A DNA stretch of 24,000 nt from Spiribacter vilamensis (GCF_004217415.1 NZ_SHLI01000001.1:1607239-1631238); one strand, 5' to 3'. Shown: positions 9,285 to 19,935, numbered from the stretch's first letter. Translations and numbers: made by a program. The notes: generated from the letters alone by a model not told the origin.

Positions 9285-9468
9285 GCACCGGAAATGGGTG
9301 ATCGCTCTGGCAGGTCTCCTGGCTCACGGGTCAACGCTCGGCCCCGCCTTCCCATCACCGCAGCGACAGTGGCATACCAGGGCTTCGCTCTCCGCTCACA
9401 GTTGCGGGGGCAGCTGCAGTCTTTCACCGCATTCCCTTTTAATCCGATGCCGTGGCACCGAAACCAGA
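9285..9468 (-). promoter_or_regulatory. Cobalamin (B12) riboswitch aptamer in the btuB leader
   Basis: Read on the minus strand: GGTGCC (9459-9454), then GATTAAAAGGGAATGCGGTGAAAGACTGCAGCTGCCCCCGCAACTGTGAGCGG. It continues through ATGCCACTG and GGGAAGGCGG to the B12 box AGCCAGGAGACCTGCC (9324-9309). This is the conserved cobalamin-riboswitch core. Boundaries are approximate, and the expression platform 9147-9285 is not resolved. Confidence 0.88.
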
Positions 9469-9619
9469 GTGGTAAAGAGTCTGCAGTGAAGGGATCCGGG
9501 CTTCAAGGCGATCAGTGGATACCACTTGCTGCCCGTCAAAGATCAACGCCTAACACGCACTCGTTGAGGTCTGTACAACTGCGGACACTCTTAATGTGGT
9601 CGCTGGCCCCGACGACATC

Positions 9620-9649
9620 ATCGAAGGGGACAACTCGGTCCCCTTCGAT
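9620..9649. repeat. Perfect 12-bp inverted repeat with a 6-nt loop (ATCGAAGGGGAC/aactcg/GTCCCCTTCGAT), 44 nt downstream of the nrdF stop; possible terminator or protein-binding palindrome
   Basis: I verified the repeat base by base. No U-tract follows on either strand, so it is not a canonical intrinsic terminator. A second 8-bp inverted repeat (CTATTAAC 9653-9660 / GTTAATAG 9677-9684) lies adjacent. Confidence 0.5.
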
Positions 9650-9692
9650 CTGCTATTAACACTAACCGGGGTTTTCGTTAATAGCGGCTTGC

Positions 9693-12912
<3,220 letters not shown>

Positions 12913-12928
<16 letters not shown>

Positions 12929-13326
12929 TGTTCTTCCCATCTTTGTTTGAGCCCGGTCTGAACCCGGGTAACGTCCGTCGAGGTTCCCGCCAGTTCGAAG
13001 CGGTAGAGCACGGGGACCTGGCATTTGCGCGAGATCACCTCGCCGGCAAGCGCGAATGTGGCGCCGAAATTACGGTTGCCGCCGGCAACCACGCCATCCA
13101 GCAGTCGGCGGTTGTCGGGATCGTTGAGGAAACGGATCACCGGCTTGGGCACGGCGCCGCGACCCTCGCCGTCGGCATAGGTCGGGCAGACCAGCACGTA
13201 CGGTTCGGTCGGCCGGGGCATGGCCTGCGCCGAGGTGGACGGCAGGCGGGCCGCCGGGAAACCCAGCGCATCAACGAACCGTGCGGTATTGCCGGACCGC
13301 GCCGAGAAGTAGATCACCCGTGTCAT
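12913..13326 (-). CDS. nrdI: Flavodoxin-like NrdI (class Ib RNR cofactor-assembly protein)
   Basis: [21 protein letters not shown]...[24 protein letters not shown]...[17 protein letters not shown] matches NrdI. The tracked 265-aa ORF (to 13710) is an R/P-rich upstream extension across nrdH and the riboswitch. The real start is the ATG at 13326, 5 nt after the nrdH stop. Confidence 0.9.
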
Positions 13327-13331
13327 CGTAT

Positions 13332-13553
13332 TCAGGCGAGCTGGCCGATGAGATCGGGCCGAAACCCTGCCCAGTGGCTGTCGCCGGCGACAACGACCGG
13401 CGCCTGCCGGTAACCGAGCTCGGTGACGTGGCTCATGGCGGCGGCATCTTCGGTGAGATCGACGACCTGGTAATCCAGCCCGTGCTTTTGCAGGGCACGG
13501 ATGGTTGCCGTGCACTGTACGCAGGCGGGTTTGGAGTAAACGGTGATGTCCAT
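13332..13553 (-). CDS. nrdH: Glutaredoxin-like protein NrdH
   Basis: The 73-aa protein MDITVYSKPACVQCTATIRALQKHGLDYQVVDL...WAGFRPD has the CVQC redox motif. It is the first gene of the nrdHIEF order, with a GAGAGGGA RBS upstream. Confidence 0.92.
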   Translation of the reverse strand: MDITVYSKPACVQCTATIRALQKHGLDYQVVDLTEDAAAMSHVTELGYRQAPVVVAGDSHWAGFRPDLIGQLA

Positions 13554-13659
13554 CGAGTGTCCCTCTCGTGCTTGCGGCGGGCACGTTCAGGGGACGCGCA
13601 GATAGCGATTGGCCGGTGGATGCCGGCAAGCCTTGCAACTGCACTCCCCAAGGCCCACC

Positions 13660-13840
13660 GCCTTCGGTCGTTATCGGTTGTCCTGGCAGGTCTCCTGGCT
13701 TGCGGGTCACCGCTCGGCTGGCCTTCCCGGGGCGCTCCCAGTGGCGTTTTCAGCGTCGCTCGCCGCTTACAGTTGCGGGGGCAGCGCCGGCATTTCACCG
13801 GCTTCCCTTTTAACTTGATCCGTTATGATCAAGCACCAAG
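13660..13840 (-). promoter_or_regulatory. Cobalamin (B12) riboswitch aptamer in the nrdHIEF leader
   Basis: Read on the minus strand: GGTGCT (13837-13832), then a 7-bp stem CTTGATC/GATCAAG. The core follows: GTTAAAAGGGAAGCCGGTGAAATGCCGGCGCTGCCCCCGCAACTGTAAGCGG...ACGCCACTGGGAGCGCCCCGGGAAGGCC. It ends with the B12 box AGCCAGGAGACCTGCC (13700-13685). The core is near-identical to the btuB-leader element. Boundaries are approximate. Confidence 0.88.
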
Positions 13841-13841
13841 A

Positions 13842-13888
13842 CAACTACATGTTGTGTGACAGAGGGTGGCATTGTCAACATGTCGTTA
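13842..13888 (-). promoter_or_regulatory. Candidate nrd promoter region with two ACATGT-centred imperfect palindromes 31 bp apart (NrdR-box-like) and a TTGACA -35
   Basis: Box 1 at 13842-13857 reads ACACAACATGTAGTTG on the minus strand. By my count it matches the NrdR consensus acaCwAtATaTwGtgt at about 12/16 positions. Box 2 at 13873-13888 reads TGTCAACATGTCGTTA on the plus strand, a weaker match of about 9/16. Box 2 overlaps a minus-strand TTGACA (13879-13874). I found no convincing -10 hexamer. Confidence 0.3.
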
Positions 13889-13895
13889 GCAGATC

Positions 13896-14573
13896 TCAGA
13901 TCCGGCGCAGGACCAGGTCGAACACCGCATGGCCCTTGCGCAGGCCGCGGCGCTCGAACCGGGTCTCGGGCCGGTCGCCGGCGTCCGGCGCGTAGCCACC
14001 ATGGAGGTTCTCGAGACGGGGCTCCGCCTCGGCGAGTGTGCGCATCCACTCGGCGTAATCCGCCCAGTCGGTCGCCATATGCAGGAAGCCGCCCGGCTGG
14101 AGCCGATCGGCCACCCGGGCCAGCCATTCGGACTGGACGATGCGACGCTTGTGATGGCGTTTCTTGGTCCACGGATCGGGGAAGAACAGTTGCACGCCCG
14201 CGAGCGATTCCGACGCCAGTCCGTCGCGAAGCAGCTCACTGGCGTCCGCCAGCAGCACCCTCAGGTTGTCCAGCCCCTCCGACTCGATGCGGCGCAGCAG
14301 ACGGCCCGTGCCGGTGCGATAGACCTCGACGCCCAGATAGTTGCGCCCGGGATGGGCCGCGGCCATTTCCGCCAGCGCCTCGCCGTCTCCGAAGCCGATG
14401 TCGAGCACCAGCGGCGCCGATCGCTCGAACCGCGTCGCGACATCGATCGGGCCGCCCGGCCAGTCAATGCCATAGCGTGGATACAGGTCGTCGAGCGCCC
14501 GCTGCTGACCGGCGGTAAGCCGTCCCTCACGCCGGACAAAGCTGCGGATGGGTCGGTGCGGATGATCGCTCAC
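13896..14573 (-). CDS. trmB: tRNA (guanine46-N7)-methyltransferase
   Basis: Supporting motifs are (GTG)SDHPHRPIRSFVRREGRLTAGQQRALDDLYPRYG...LDIGFGDGEAL...NYLGVEVY...FFPDPWTKKRHHKRR...LHMATDW...TRFERRG. I place the start at the GTG at 14573, 4 nt after the thiG stop. The tracked 304-aa ORF extends spuriously into thiG. Confidence 0.88.
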   Translation of the reverse strand: MSDHPHRPIRSFVRREGRLTAGQQRALDDLYPRYGIDWPGGPIDVATRFERSAPLVLDIGFGDGEALAEMAAAHPGRNYLGVEVYRTGTGRLLRRIESEGLDNLRVLLADASELLRDGLASESLAGVQLFFPDPWTKKRHHKRRIVQSEWLARVADRLQPGGFLHMATDWADYAEWMRTLAEAEPRLENLHGGYAPDAGDRPETRFERRGLRKGHAVFDLVLRRI

Positions 14574-14577
14574 CCGC

Positions 14578-15375
14578 TCACTGACCGCCCTGCCAGAAGG
14601 TGCCCTCCAGCGGCGAGCTCGCGGAGGCGAAGCGGCGCATCGGCATGCGCCCGGCCAGGTAGGCCTCGCGCCCCGCCTCGATGCCCTTGCGCATGGCCGA
14701 GGCCATGAGGACCGGATCCTGCGCCGCGGCCACGGCGGTGTTGAGCAGCACCCCATCGGCCCCCAGTTCCATGGCCACGGCCGCGTCCGAGGCCGTGCCC
14801 ACGCCGGCATCGACGATGATGGGCACGGTGGCGTTTTCGAGGATAGTCAGCAGGTTGTAGCGGTTCTGGATCCCCAGCCCGGAGCCGATCGGCGAGGCCA
14901 GCGGCATGACTGCGACGCAGCCCATGTCCTCGAGCCGCTTCGCGACGATGGGATCATCACTGGTGTAGACCATCACCTTGAACCCGTCGGCGACGAGCTT
15001 CTCCGCGGCATCGAGTGTGGCGGGCACATCCGGGTAGAGGGTCCTGGGGTCGCCCAGCACCTCGAGCTTGACCAGGTCATGGCCATCGAGCAGCTCGCGC
15101 GCGAGCCGGCAGACCCGCACCGCATCGTCGGCGGTATAGCAGCCGGCCGTGTTCGGCAGGATCGTGAACTCCTCCGGGGGCACGACATCGAGCAGATTCT
15201 CTTCATCGGCGTTCTGGCCGATATTGGTCCGCCGGATGGCCACGGTCACGATCTCCGCACCACTGGCGCGGATCGCCTCGCCCGCCTGGGCCATGTCGCG
15301 GTATTTGCCGGTGCCGATCAGCAAACGCGACGCGTAGCTCTGACCGGCAACGGTCAGCCTGTCCTGCTGGGTCAT
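14578..15375 (-). CDS. thiG: Thiazole synthase
   Basis: The 265-aa protein matches ThiG through [19 protein letters not shown]...TVAIRR...ILPNTAGC...KLEVLGD...[14 protein letters not shown]...[13 protein letters not shown]. Confidence 0.94.
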   Translation of the reverse strand: MTQQDRLTVAGQSYASRLLIGTGKYRDMAQAGEAIRASGAEIVTVAIRRTNIGQNADEENLLDVVPPEEFTILPNTAGCYTADDAVRVCRLARELLDGHDLVKLEVLGDPRTLYPDVPATLDAAEKLVADGFKVMVYTSDDPIVAKRLEDMGCVAVMPLASPIGSGLGIQNRYNLLTILENATVPIIVDAGVGTASDAAVAMELGADGVLLNTAVAAAQDPVLMASAMRKGIEAGREAYLAGRMPMRRFASASSPLEGTFWQGGQ

Positions 15376-15392
15376 GGTGTCCTCTCTGTCGC

Positions 15393-15614
15393 TCAGCCGC
15401 CGCCGATGGCGCGGATGATCTCGATACGGTCGTGGTCGCGAAGCTGTCGGCTGGCATGCTCGCTACGCGGCACGACGTCCTCGTTCAATTCAATGGCGAT
15501 GCGCCGTTGACCGACATCCAGCGACGCCTTGAGCTGCTCGACGGTGCAGTCGCTGGCGACGCGGGTGGGCTCGCCATTGACGAAGATAGTGATCTCGGGG
15601 GTTTTTGCATCCAT
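15393..15614 (-). CDS. thiS: Sulfur-carrier protein ThiS
   Basis: The 73-aa protein [19 protein letters not shown]...[10 protein letters not shown] has the ubiquitin-like ThiS C-terminal GG and sits directly upstream of thiG. The tracked 171-aa ORF extension runs through the tRNA gene and is spurious. Confidence 0.85.
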   Translation of the reverse strand: MDAKTPEITIFVNGEPTRVASDCTVEQLKASLDVGQRRIAIELNEDVVPRSEHASRQLRDHDRIEIIRAIGGG

Positions 15615-15700
15615 ATCGTGATTATACCGCAGAGCACTCGGCGAGCGGCACAGCGGGGGCTTGTCGAAATTGATCAAATCCGCATACTGGGGAAGATATC

Positions 15701-15774
15701 GCGGCTGTAGCTCAATGGTAGAGCGCTGCCCTCCCAAGGCAGTGATGCCGGTTCGATCCCGGTCAGCCGCTCCA
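15701..15774 (+). tRNA. tRNA-Gly, anticodon CCC
   Basis: I folded the 74-nt cloverleaf by hand. Acceptor stem GCGGCTG/CAGCCGC; D arm GCTC-AATGGTA-GAGC; anticodon stem CTGCC/GGCAG with loop CT-CCC-AA. The variable loop is 4 nt, the T arm is GCCGG-TTCGATC-CCGGT, the discriminator is T and the CCA is encoded. Confidence 0.93.
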
Positions 15775-16032
15775 GCTATCCCGCGTCTCGATGACATCCC
15801 CCTCGGCTGGCGAGGTCTGGCAGGCAACCGCCTCGCGACCGTTAATCCGCACCCGGCAGCGCTGACACTGGCCAATAGCGCAGAACCACCCCGGTGACGA
15901 CGCATCATCGGCGCGGATCAGCAGGCCGGCGAGCACGCTCATGCCACGCGGCACTTCGAGGGGTTCGCCATTCAGCCGAACGCCGATCCAGTCGGCGGGC
16001 TCGAGGAGCGGGCGAAAACGTGGCTCGGTCAC
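15763..16032 (-). CDS. Small (2Fe-2S)-binding subunit (HcnA-like, or like the gamma subunit of opine/D-hydroxyproline dehydrogenase)
   Basis: The 89-aa protein has the Cys cluster FCAIGQCQRCRVRINGREAVAC. Its GTG start overlaps the upstream stop (GTGA, 16029-16032). Its last 12 nt overlap the 3' end of tRNA-Gly on the opposite strand. Confidence 0.75.
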   Translation of the reverse strand: MTEPRFRPLLEPADWIGVRLNGEPLEVPRGMSVLAGLLIRADDASSPGWFCAIGQCQRCRVRINGREAVACQTSPAEGDVIETRDSWSG

Positions 16033-17171
16033 TGGAACCGCCCCGGGTGCAGTTGCCCCGCGTAGGGATGGGTGTCGCCGTCGGCGACACAGGCCGCGAC
16101 CAGATCCCCGGTCACTGCCGCCAGCCCGTGCCCGGCGCCCTCGTGGCCGGTGGCGACGATCAGCCGCTCCGCCCCCGGCACCGGCCCGATCAGCGGATAG
16201 CCATCGGGCGAGAATGGTCGCAGCCCGGCGTAGCCACGGATCACCCGCAACCGCTGCAGATCGGGGACGATGCGCACACAGTCGGCGAGCAGCCGCTGGA
16301 CGATCTCCATATCCACCCCCATATCGAACCCGGCAAACTCCCGCGAGCTCCCGCAGAGGATAGTACCGCTGCGGGTCGCCTCGATGATCGCCGCGGTCTG
16401 GACCCGGGTTTCATCGACATCGGTACTCTCGGCCGCCGCCTGGTAGCCGAAATCGGCGATCTTGGAGTTGACCTGGACATCGCCCCGCTCGAGCACGGCG
16501 ATATGCCCCTTACGCGGTTGGACCGGTACGGACAGGCCCAGCGGTTCCAGCACTTCGTTGGTCCACACGCCGGTACACAGGCAGACATGCCCGGCCTCGA
16601 TCCGCTCGCCGCCGGAGAGGGTCACGGTCACACCCTCATCCCGTGGCTCCATGCACTCGATGGCCTCGTAGAACCGGTACATCGCCCCCTTGCTCCGGAG
16701 ATGGCGCGCGATCTGGTAGCAGGCGAGCATGGGCTGCACCTGGGCGTCGCCCGGCCAGTACCCCACCGCTACGGTATCCGGGCCCAGATGCGGTTCCAGC
16801 GCCAGCCAGCCACTGTCGAGAAAGCGGCAGTCGATCCCGCAGGCCTGCTGCTCGGCGACCAGGGCCTGCAGCCCCGCCGCCTCCGCGTCGGAGCGCGCGA
16901 CCACGGTGGCGCCCTTGGGATCGAACTCGCAGTCGTTGCCGTAGCGCTCGGTGAACCGGTGCCAGGCGGCTAGGCTGCGATCGGAGAGATCGAGCATCAG
17001 CCCGGGCGACTTGTCCGAGCAAAGCAGGTTGCCATCACTGCTCCGCGACGTCCCCGGCGCCAGGCCGCCCCGGTCCACCACCATCACCTGCAGCCCGCGC
17101 TCCTGCAGGGCCAGCGCGACGAAGCTGCCGATAATCCCGCTGCCCACCACCAGCGCATCAACCCGCGTCAT
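16029..17171 (-). CDS. FAD-dependent oxidoreductase, DAO family (HcnC/OoxB/D-amino-acid-dehydrogenase-like beta subunit)
   Basis: MTRVDALVVGSGIIGSFVALALQERGLQVMVVDRG is a dinucleotide-binding fold. The product is 380 aa when started at the ATG at 17171, which overlaps the upstream stop by 14 nt. The tracked start at 17306 adds an R/P/S-rich segment that overlaps the upstream gene. Confidence 0.82.
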   Translation of the reverse strand: MTRVDALVVGSGIIGSFVALALQERGLQVMVVDRGGLAPGTSRSSDGNLLCSDKSPGLMLDLSDRSLAAWHRFTERYGNDCEFDPKGATVVARSDAEAAGLQALVAEQQACGIDCRFLDSGWLALEPHLGPDTVAVGYWPGDAQVQPMLACYQIARHLRSKGAMYRFYEAIECMEPRDEGVTVTLSGGERIEAGHVCLCTGVWTNEVLEPLGLSVPVQPRKGHIAVLERGDVQVNSKIADFGYQAAAESTDVDETRVQTAAIIEATRSGTILCGSSREFAGFDMGVDMEIVQRLLADCVRIVPDLQRLRVIRGYAGLRPFSPDGYPLIGPVPGAERLIVATGHEGAGHGLAAVTGDLVAACVADGDTHPYAGQLHPGRFQ

Positions 17172-18432
17172 CGATGACCTCGGCGACGGAGACCGGCCGC
17201 GAGAACGCGCGCTGGTTGAGTGCTTCCCGCGGCGTGGCCCCCGCGGCGCAAATCCGGTCGGTAACCTGGGGCTCGCAGTAGCGGCCCTGGCAGGGCCCCA
17301 TGCCACAGCGGGTCACGACTTTGACCGACGACAGATCGGCGAGCCCTAGCGCGACGGCCTCGTCGACCGCCTCCACCCGGGTCCCCTCGCAGGGGCAGAT
17401 CACCGCATCCGGGCGCAGTCGCTCCGTAGCTCGGGCCCGCTGACGACGCTCCAGCCCGCGGGCAAATCCGATCAGGAACCGCCGACGCCCGGATCCGGCC
17501 GGCCGCGGTGACGACTCACCGCGCTGATCCGCCATGATCGCCGGGGCGACCCGCTCACCGCTGAGCTCGGCGTGGCGCCAGCCACGAATACCCTGGCCTT
17601 CGCCGATCACGTAGATCCCCGGTTGGCTGGTCCGGCCCACGGCGTCGGTGACGACCGCCCAGTAGCCGCCCACCGGATCATGCTCGAGCCGGCAGCCGGC
17701 GGTCCTCGCGAGCTGGGTCTGCGGGACGAAGCGCTCACTCAGGCCGAGGTGATCAAAGGGGATGAGCTCGTTCGTATCGGTGATCACCCGGCCCTCCGCG
17801 ACGTCCGAGACGCCCACACCGTGACGGACGTTGACGCCCGACCGCCAGAGCCGTTGCCGCGTCTGCAGGAACTCGACGCTGTTGCCGGGAAGACCGACCC
17901 CCCAGGGGGCGAGTCGCAGGTAGTCACTCCACCGCAGCCGATCGAGGACATGGGTGACCGCCACGCCGGTACGGACCAGGCCCGCGGCGACAACGGATAG
18001 GAACGGCCCGCTGCCGGCGATCACCACCGATCCCGACGGCACGATCCCCTGCCCCTTCACCAGCGCCTGCAGTGCCCCGGCGCTGCTCACGCCGGCGGCC
18101 GGCAGGCCGGGAACCGGATCGTGCACATCATAGGCCCCACAGGCGAGGACGATGGCGTCGAAGTCCTCGGACTCGGCGCCGTCCCCGCCATCGAACCAGA
18201 CCCGCCCACCGGCCTCGGTGGAGAGAACCCGCGTGGCGGTGCGCAGCTCGACGTGAGCGGACGTCCGCGCGAAAGTCTCCAGCGCGGTGGGTTCGGAGGT
18301 GGCGCCCACGCGGTGGATATTGCCGCCACTGCGGGGCTGTTCGTCGAACAGCGTCACCGAAGCGCCGCGCGCCACGAGCCCGCGGGCCGCGGCGGCGCCC
18401 GCCGGGCCGGTCCCCACGATCGCAATCGACAT
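17158..18432 (-). CDS. NAD(P)/FAD-dependent oxidoreductase with a C-terminal BFD-like [2Fe-2S] domain (HcnB/OoxA-like alpha subunit)
   Basis: MSIAIVGTGPAGAAAARGLVARGASVTLFDE is a Rossmann fold, and a second GSG motif (VVIAGSGPFLSVVAAGL) is present. The C-terminal CPCEGTRVEAV...RCGMGPCQGRYC is a BFD-like Cys pattern. The ATG shares 1 nt with the upstream LivF-type stop (TGATG at 18430-18434). Confidence 0.8.
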   Translation of the reverse strand: MSIAIVGTGPAGAAAARGLVARGASVTLFDEQPRSGGNIHRVGATSEPTALETFARTSAHVELRTATRVLSTEAGGRVWFDGGDGAESEDFDAIVLACGAYDVHDPVPGLPAAGVSSAGALQALVKGQGIVPSGSVVIAGSGPFLSVVAAGLVRTGVAVTHVLDRLRWSDYLRLAPWGVGLPGNSVEFLQTRQRLWRSGVNVRHGVGVSDVAEGRVITDTNELIPFDHLGLSERFVPQTQLARTAGCRLEHDPVGGYWAVVTDAVGRTSQPGIYVIGEGQGIRGWRHAELSGERVAPAIMADQRGESSPRPAGSGRRRFLIGFARGLERRQRARATERLRPDAVICPCEGTRVEAVDEAVALGLADLSSVKVVTRCGMGPCQGRYCEPQVTDRICAAGATPREALNQRAFSRPVSVAEVIDDAG

Positions 18433-19148
18433 CAGGCCCCCAGGTATGCCTGGACGATGCTGTCGTCCTCCGCGAGCGCCGAGGCCTCGCCCTGGTTGTA
18501 GATCTCGCCGTTCTCGAGGACGTAGGCGTAATGCGCGATCTTGAGCGCCAGGCGCACGTTCTGCTCCACCAGCAAGATGGTGGTGCCCGCCTCGTTGAGC
18601 TGCTTGACGATGCGCATGGTCTGGGTGACCAGCTTGGGCGCGAGGCCCATCGACGGTTCGTCGAGCAGCAGCACCCGCGGCCCGTGCATCAGCGCCCGTC
18701 CCAGGGCCAGCATCTGCTGCTCGCCGCCGGAGAGCAGCGAGCCATCCTGGTTGCGCCGCTCGGAGAGGATGGGGAAGCGCTCGAAGACATCCGCCAGCCG
18801 CTCGCGCCGGACCTCCGGGTCGGTGACGGTAAAGCTGCCCAGCTCGAGGTTCTCCTGCACGCTCAGTCCCTTGAGGATATGCCGGCCCTCCGGCACGTGC
18901 ACCACGCCCCTGCGAGCGATCTCGTGGGGCGGCAGGCGGGTAATGTCCTCGCCGTCGAAGTGGATGCGCCCGGACTGCGCGCGTACCAGGCCCGAGATGG
19001 TCTTGAGCGTAGTGGTCTTGCCGGCGCCATTGCTGCCGAGGACCGCGATGATCTGCCCGGGGGCCACCTCGATATCGATGCTACGCAGCGCCTGGATCTT
19101 GCCGTAGAACGACTCGATCTGCTCCACCCGAAGGACCGGCTCAGTCAC
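18432..19148 (-). CDS. ABC transporter ATP-binding protein, LivF type
   Basis: It has Walker A GSNGAGKTT, signature LSGGEQQMLALGRAL and Walker B LLLDEPSMGLAP. It has a 4-nt overlap with the upstream ATPase gene. Confidence 0.9.
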   Translation of the reverse strand: MTEPVLRVEQIESFYGKIQALRSIDIEVAPGQIIAVLGSNGAGKTTTLKTISGLVRAQSGRIHFDGEDITRLPPHEIARRGVVHVPEGRHILKGLSVQENLELGSFTVTDPEVRRERLADVFERFPILSERRNQDGSLLSGGEQQMLALGRALMHGPRVLLLDEPSMGLAPKLVTQTMRIVKQLNEAGTTILLVEQNVRLALKIAHYAYVLENGEIYNQGEASALAEDDSIVQAYLGA

Positions 19149-19921
19149 AGCACCATCTCCTCGTCTTCCTGTCCCAGGTAGGCCTCAATGACCCGTGGAT
19201 TGTTCTTGATCTCCTCGGCGTTGCCATTGGCAATGATCCGGCCGTAGTCGAGGACGTTGATCCGCTCCGAGACCTGCATGACCAAACCCATGTCGTGCTC
19301 GATGAGCAGGACGGCGATGCCGCGCTCGTCGCGAATACGCCGGATCAGCTCGATCAGCGCGCCCTTCTCGGTGGCATTGAGGCCGGCCGCCGGCTCGTCG
19401 AGCAGGATCAGCCGTGGCTGCGTTGCCAGCGCCCGGGCGATCTCCACCAGGCGCTGATAGCCATACGCCAGGTTGGTGGCCAGCCGGTCGGCATACTCGT
19501 CCACCCCCACGAAGCGCATGCAGTCGTGCGCCACCTCGGCGATGTACCGCTCCTCGGCGCGCTGGCCCGGCGTGCGCAACACGGCCCCGAAGGCGCCCGC
19601 CCGGGTGCGGCAGTGCATCCCCGACATGACGTTTTCCATCACCGACATCTCCCGGAACAGCCGGACATTCTGGAAGGTCCGGGCGATGCCGAGCTGGGTC
19701 ACCTTGTGCGGCTTGCGCCGCAGCACGCGCTCGCCATCGAACTCGATCCGCCCCTCCTGGGGCCGGTAGAACCCGGTGATGGAATTGAAAAGCGAGGTCT
19801 TGCCCGCCCCGTTGGGGCCAATCAGGCTCGCCAGCGAATTGGCCTCGACACCGAAATCGACCTTGTCGAGCACCGTGTTGCCGGCGAAGCGCAGACTGAC
19901 TTGTTCGAGATTGAGCAGCAT
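19145..19921 (-). CDS. ABC transporter ATP-binding protein, LivG type
   Basis: It has Walker A GPNGAGKTS, the LivG-type signature LAYGYQRLVEIARAL and Walker B LILLDEPAAGLN. The C-terminal tail PRVIEAYLG is present. Confidence 0.9.
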   Translation of the reverse strand: MLLNLEQVSLRFAGNTVLDKVDFGVEANSLASLIGPNGAGKTSLFNSITGFYRPQEGRIEFDGERVLRRKPHKVTQLGIARTFQNVRLFREMSVMENVMSGMHCRTRAGAFGAVLRTPGQRAEERYIAEVAHDCMRFVGVDEYADRLATNLAYGYQRLVEIARALATQPRLILLDEPAAGLNATEKGALIELIRRIRDERGIAVLLIEHDMGLVMQVSERINVLDYGRIIANGNAEEIKNNPRVIEAYLGQEDEEMVL

Positions 19922-19935
19922 CCGTGAACCCCCGG

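Noticed and set aside
9470-9620. A defined sigma70 promoter for the btuB leader (for example TTGAAG-N17-CAGACT around 9476-9504 on the minus strand)
   Set aside because: The hexamer matches are weak and several alternatives exist. I cannot support a specific promoter call without TSS data.
13815-13834. The CTTGATC...GATCAAG arms at 13815-13834 share the 7-bp core of the arms of the inverted repeat at 663-704, hinting at a shared regulator site
   Set aside because: The 13815-13834 copy sits where a peripheral stem of the cobalamin riboswitch is expected. The shared 7-mer is short and most simply coincidental.
13896-14810. 304-aa version of the trmB ORF; likewise the 171-aa thiS ORF (15393..15908), the 425-aa DAO ORF (to 17306) and the 765-aa nrdE ORF (to 13024)
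   Set aside because: The upstream extensions overlap the preceding well-supported genes (or, for thiS, the tRNA gene) and have junk composition. Internal starts at 14573 (GTG), 15614, 17171 and 12928 fit the family lengths, the RBSs and the operon junctions.
15615-15700. TPP (THI-box) riboswitch upstream of thiS
   Set aside because: The interval is only 86 nt, and I could not find the conserved CUGAGA or the ACCUGAUCUGGAUAAUGCCAGCG-like elements on the minus strand.
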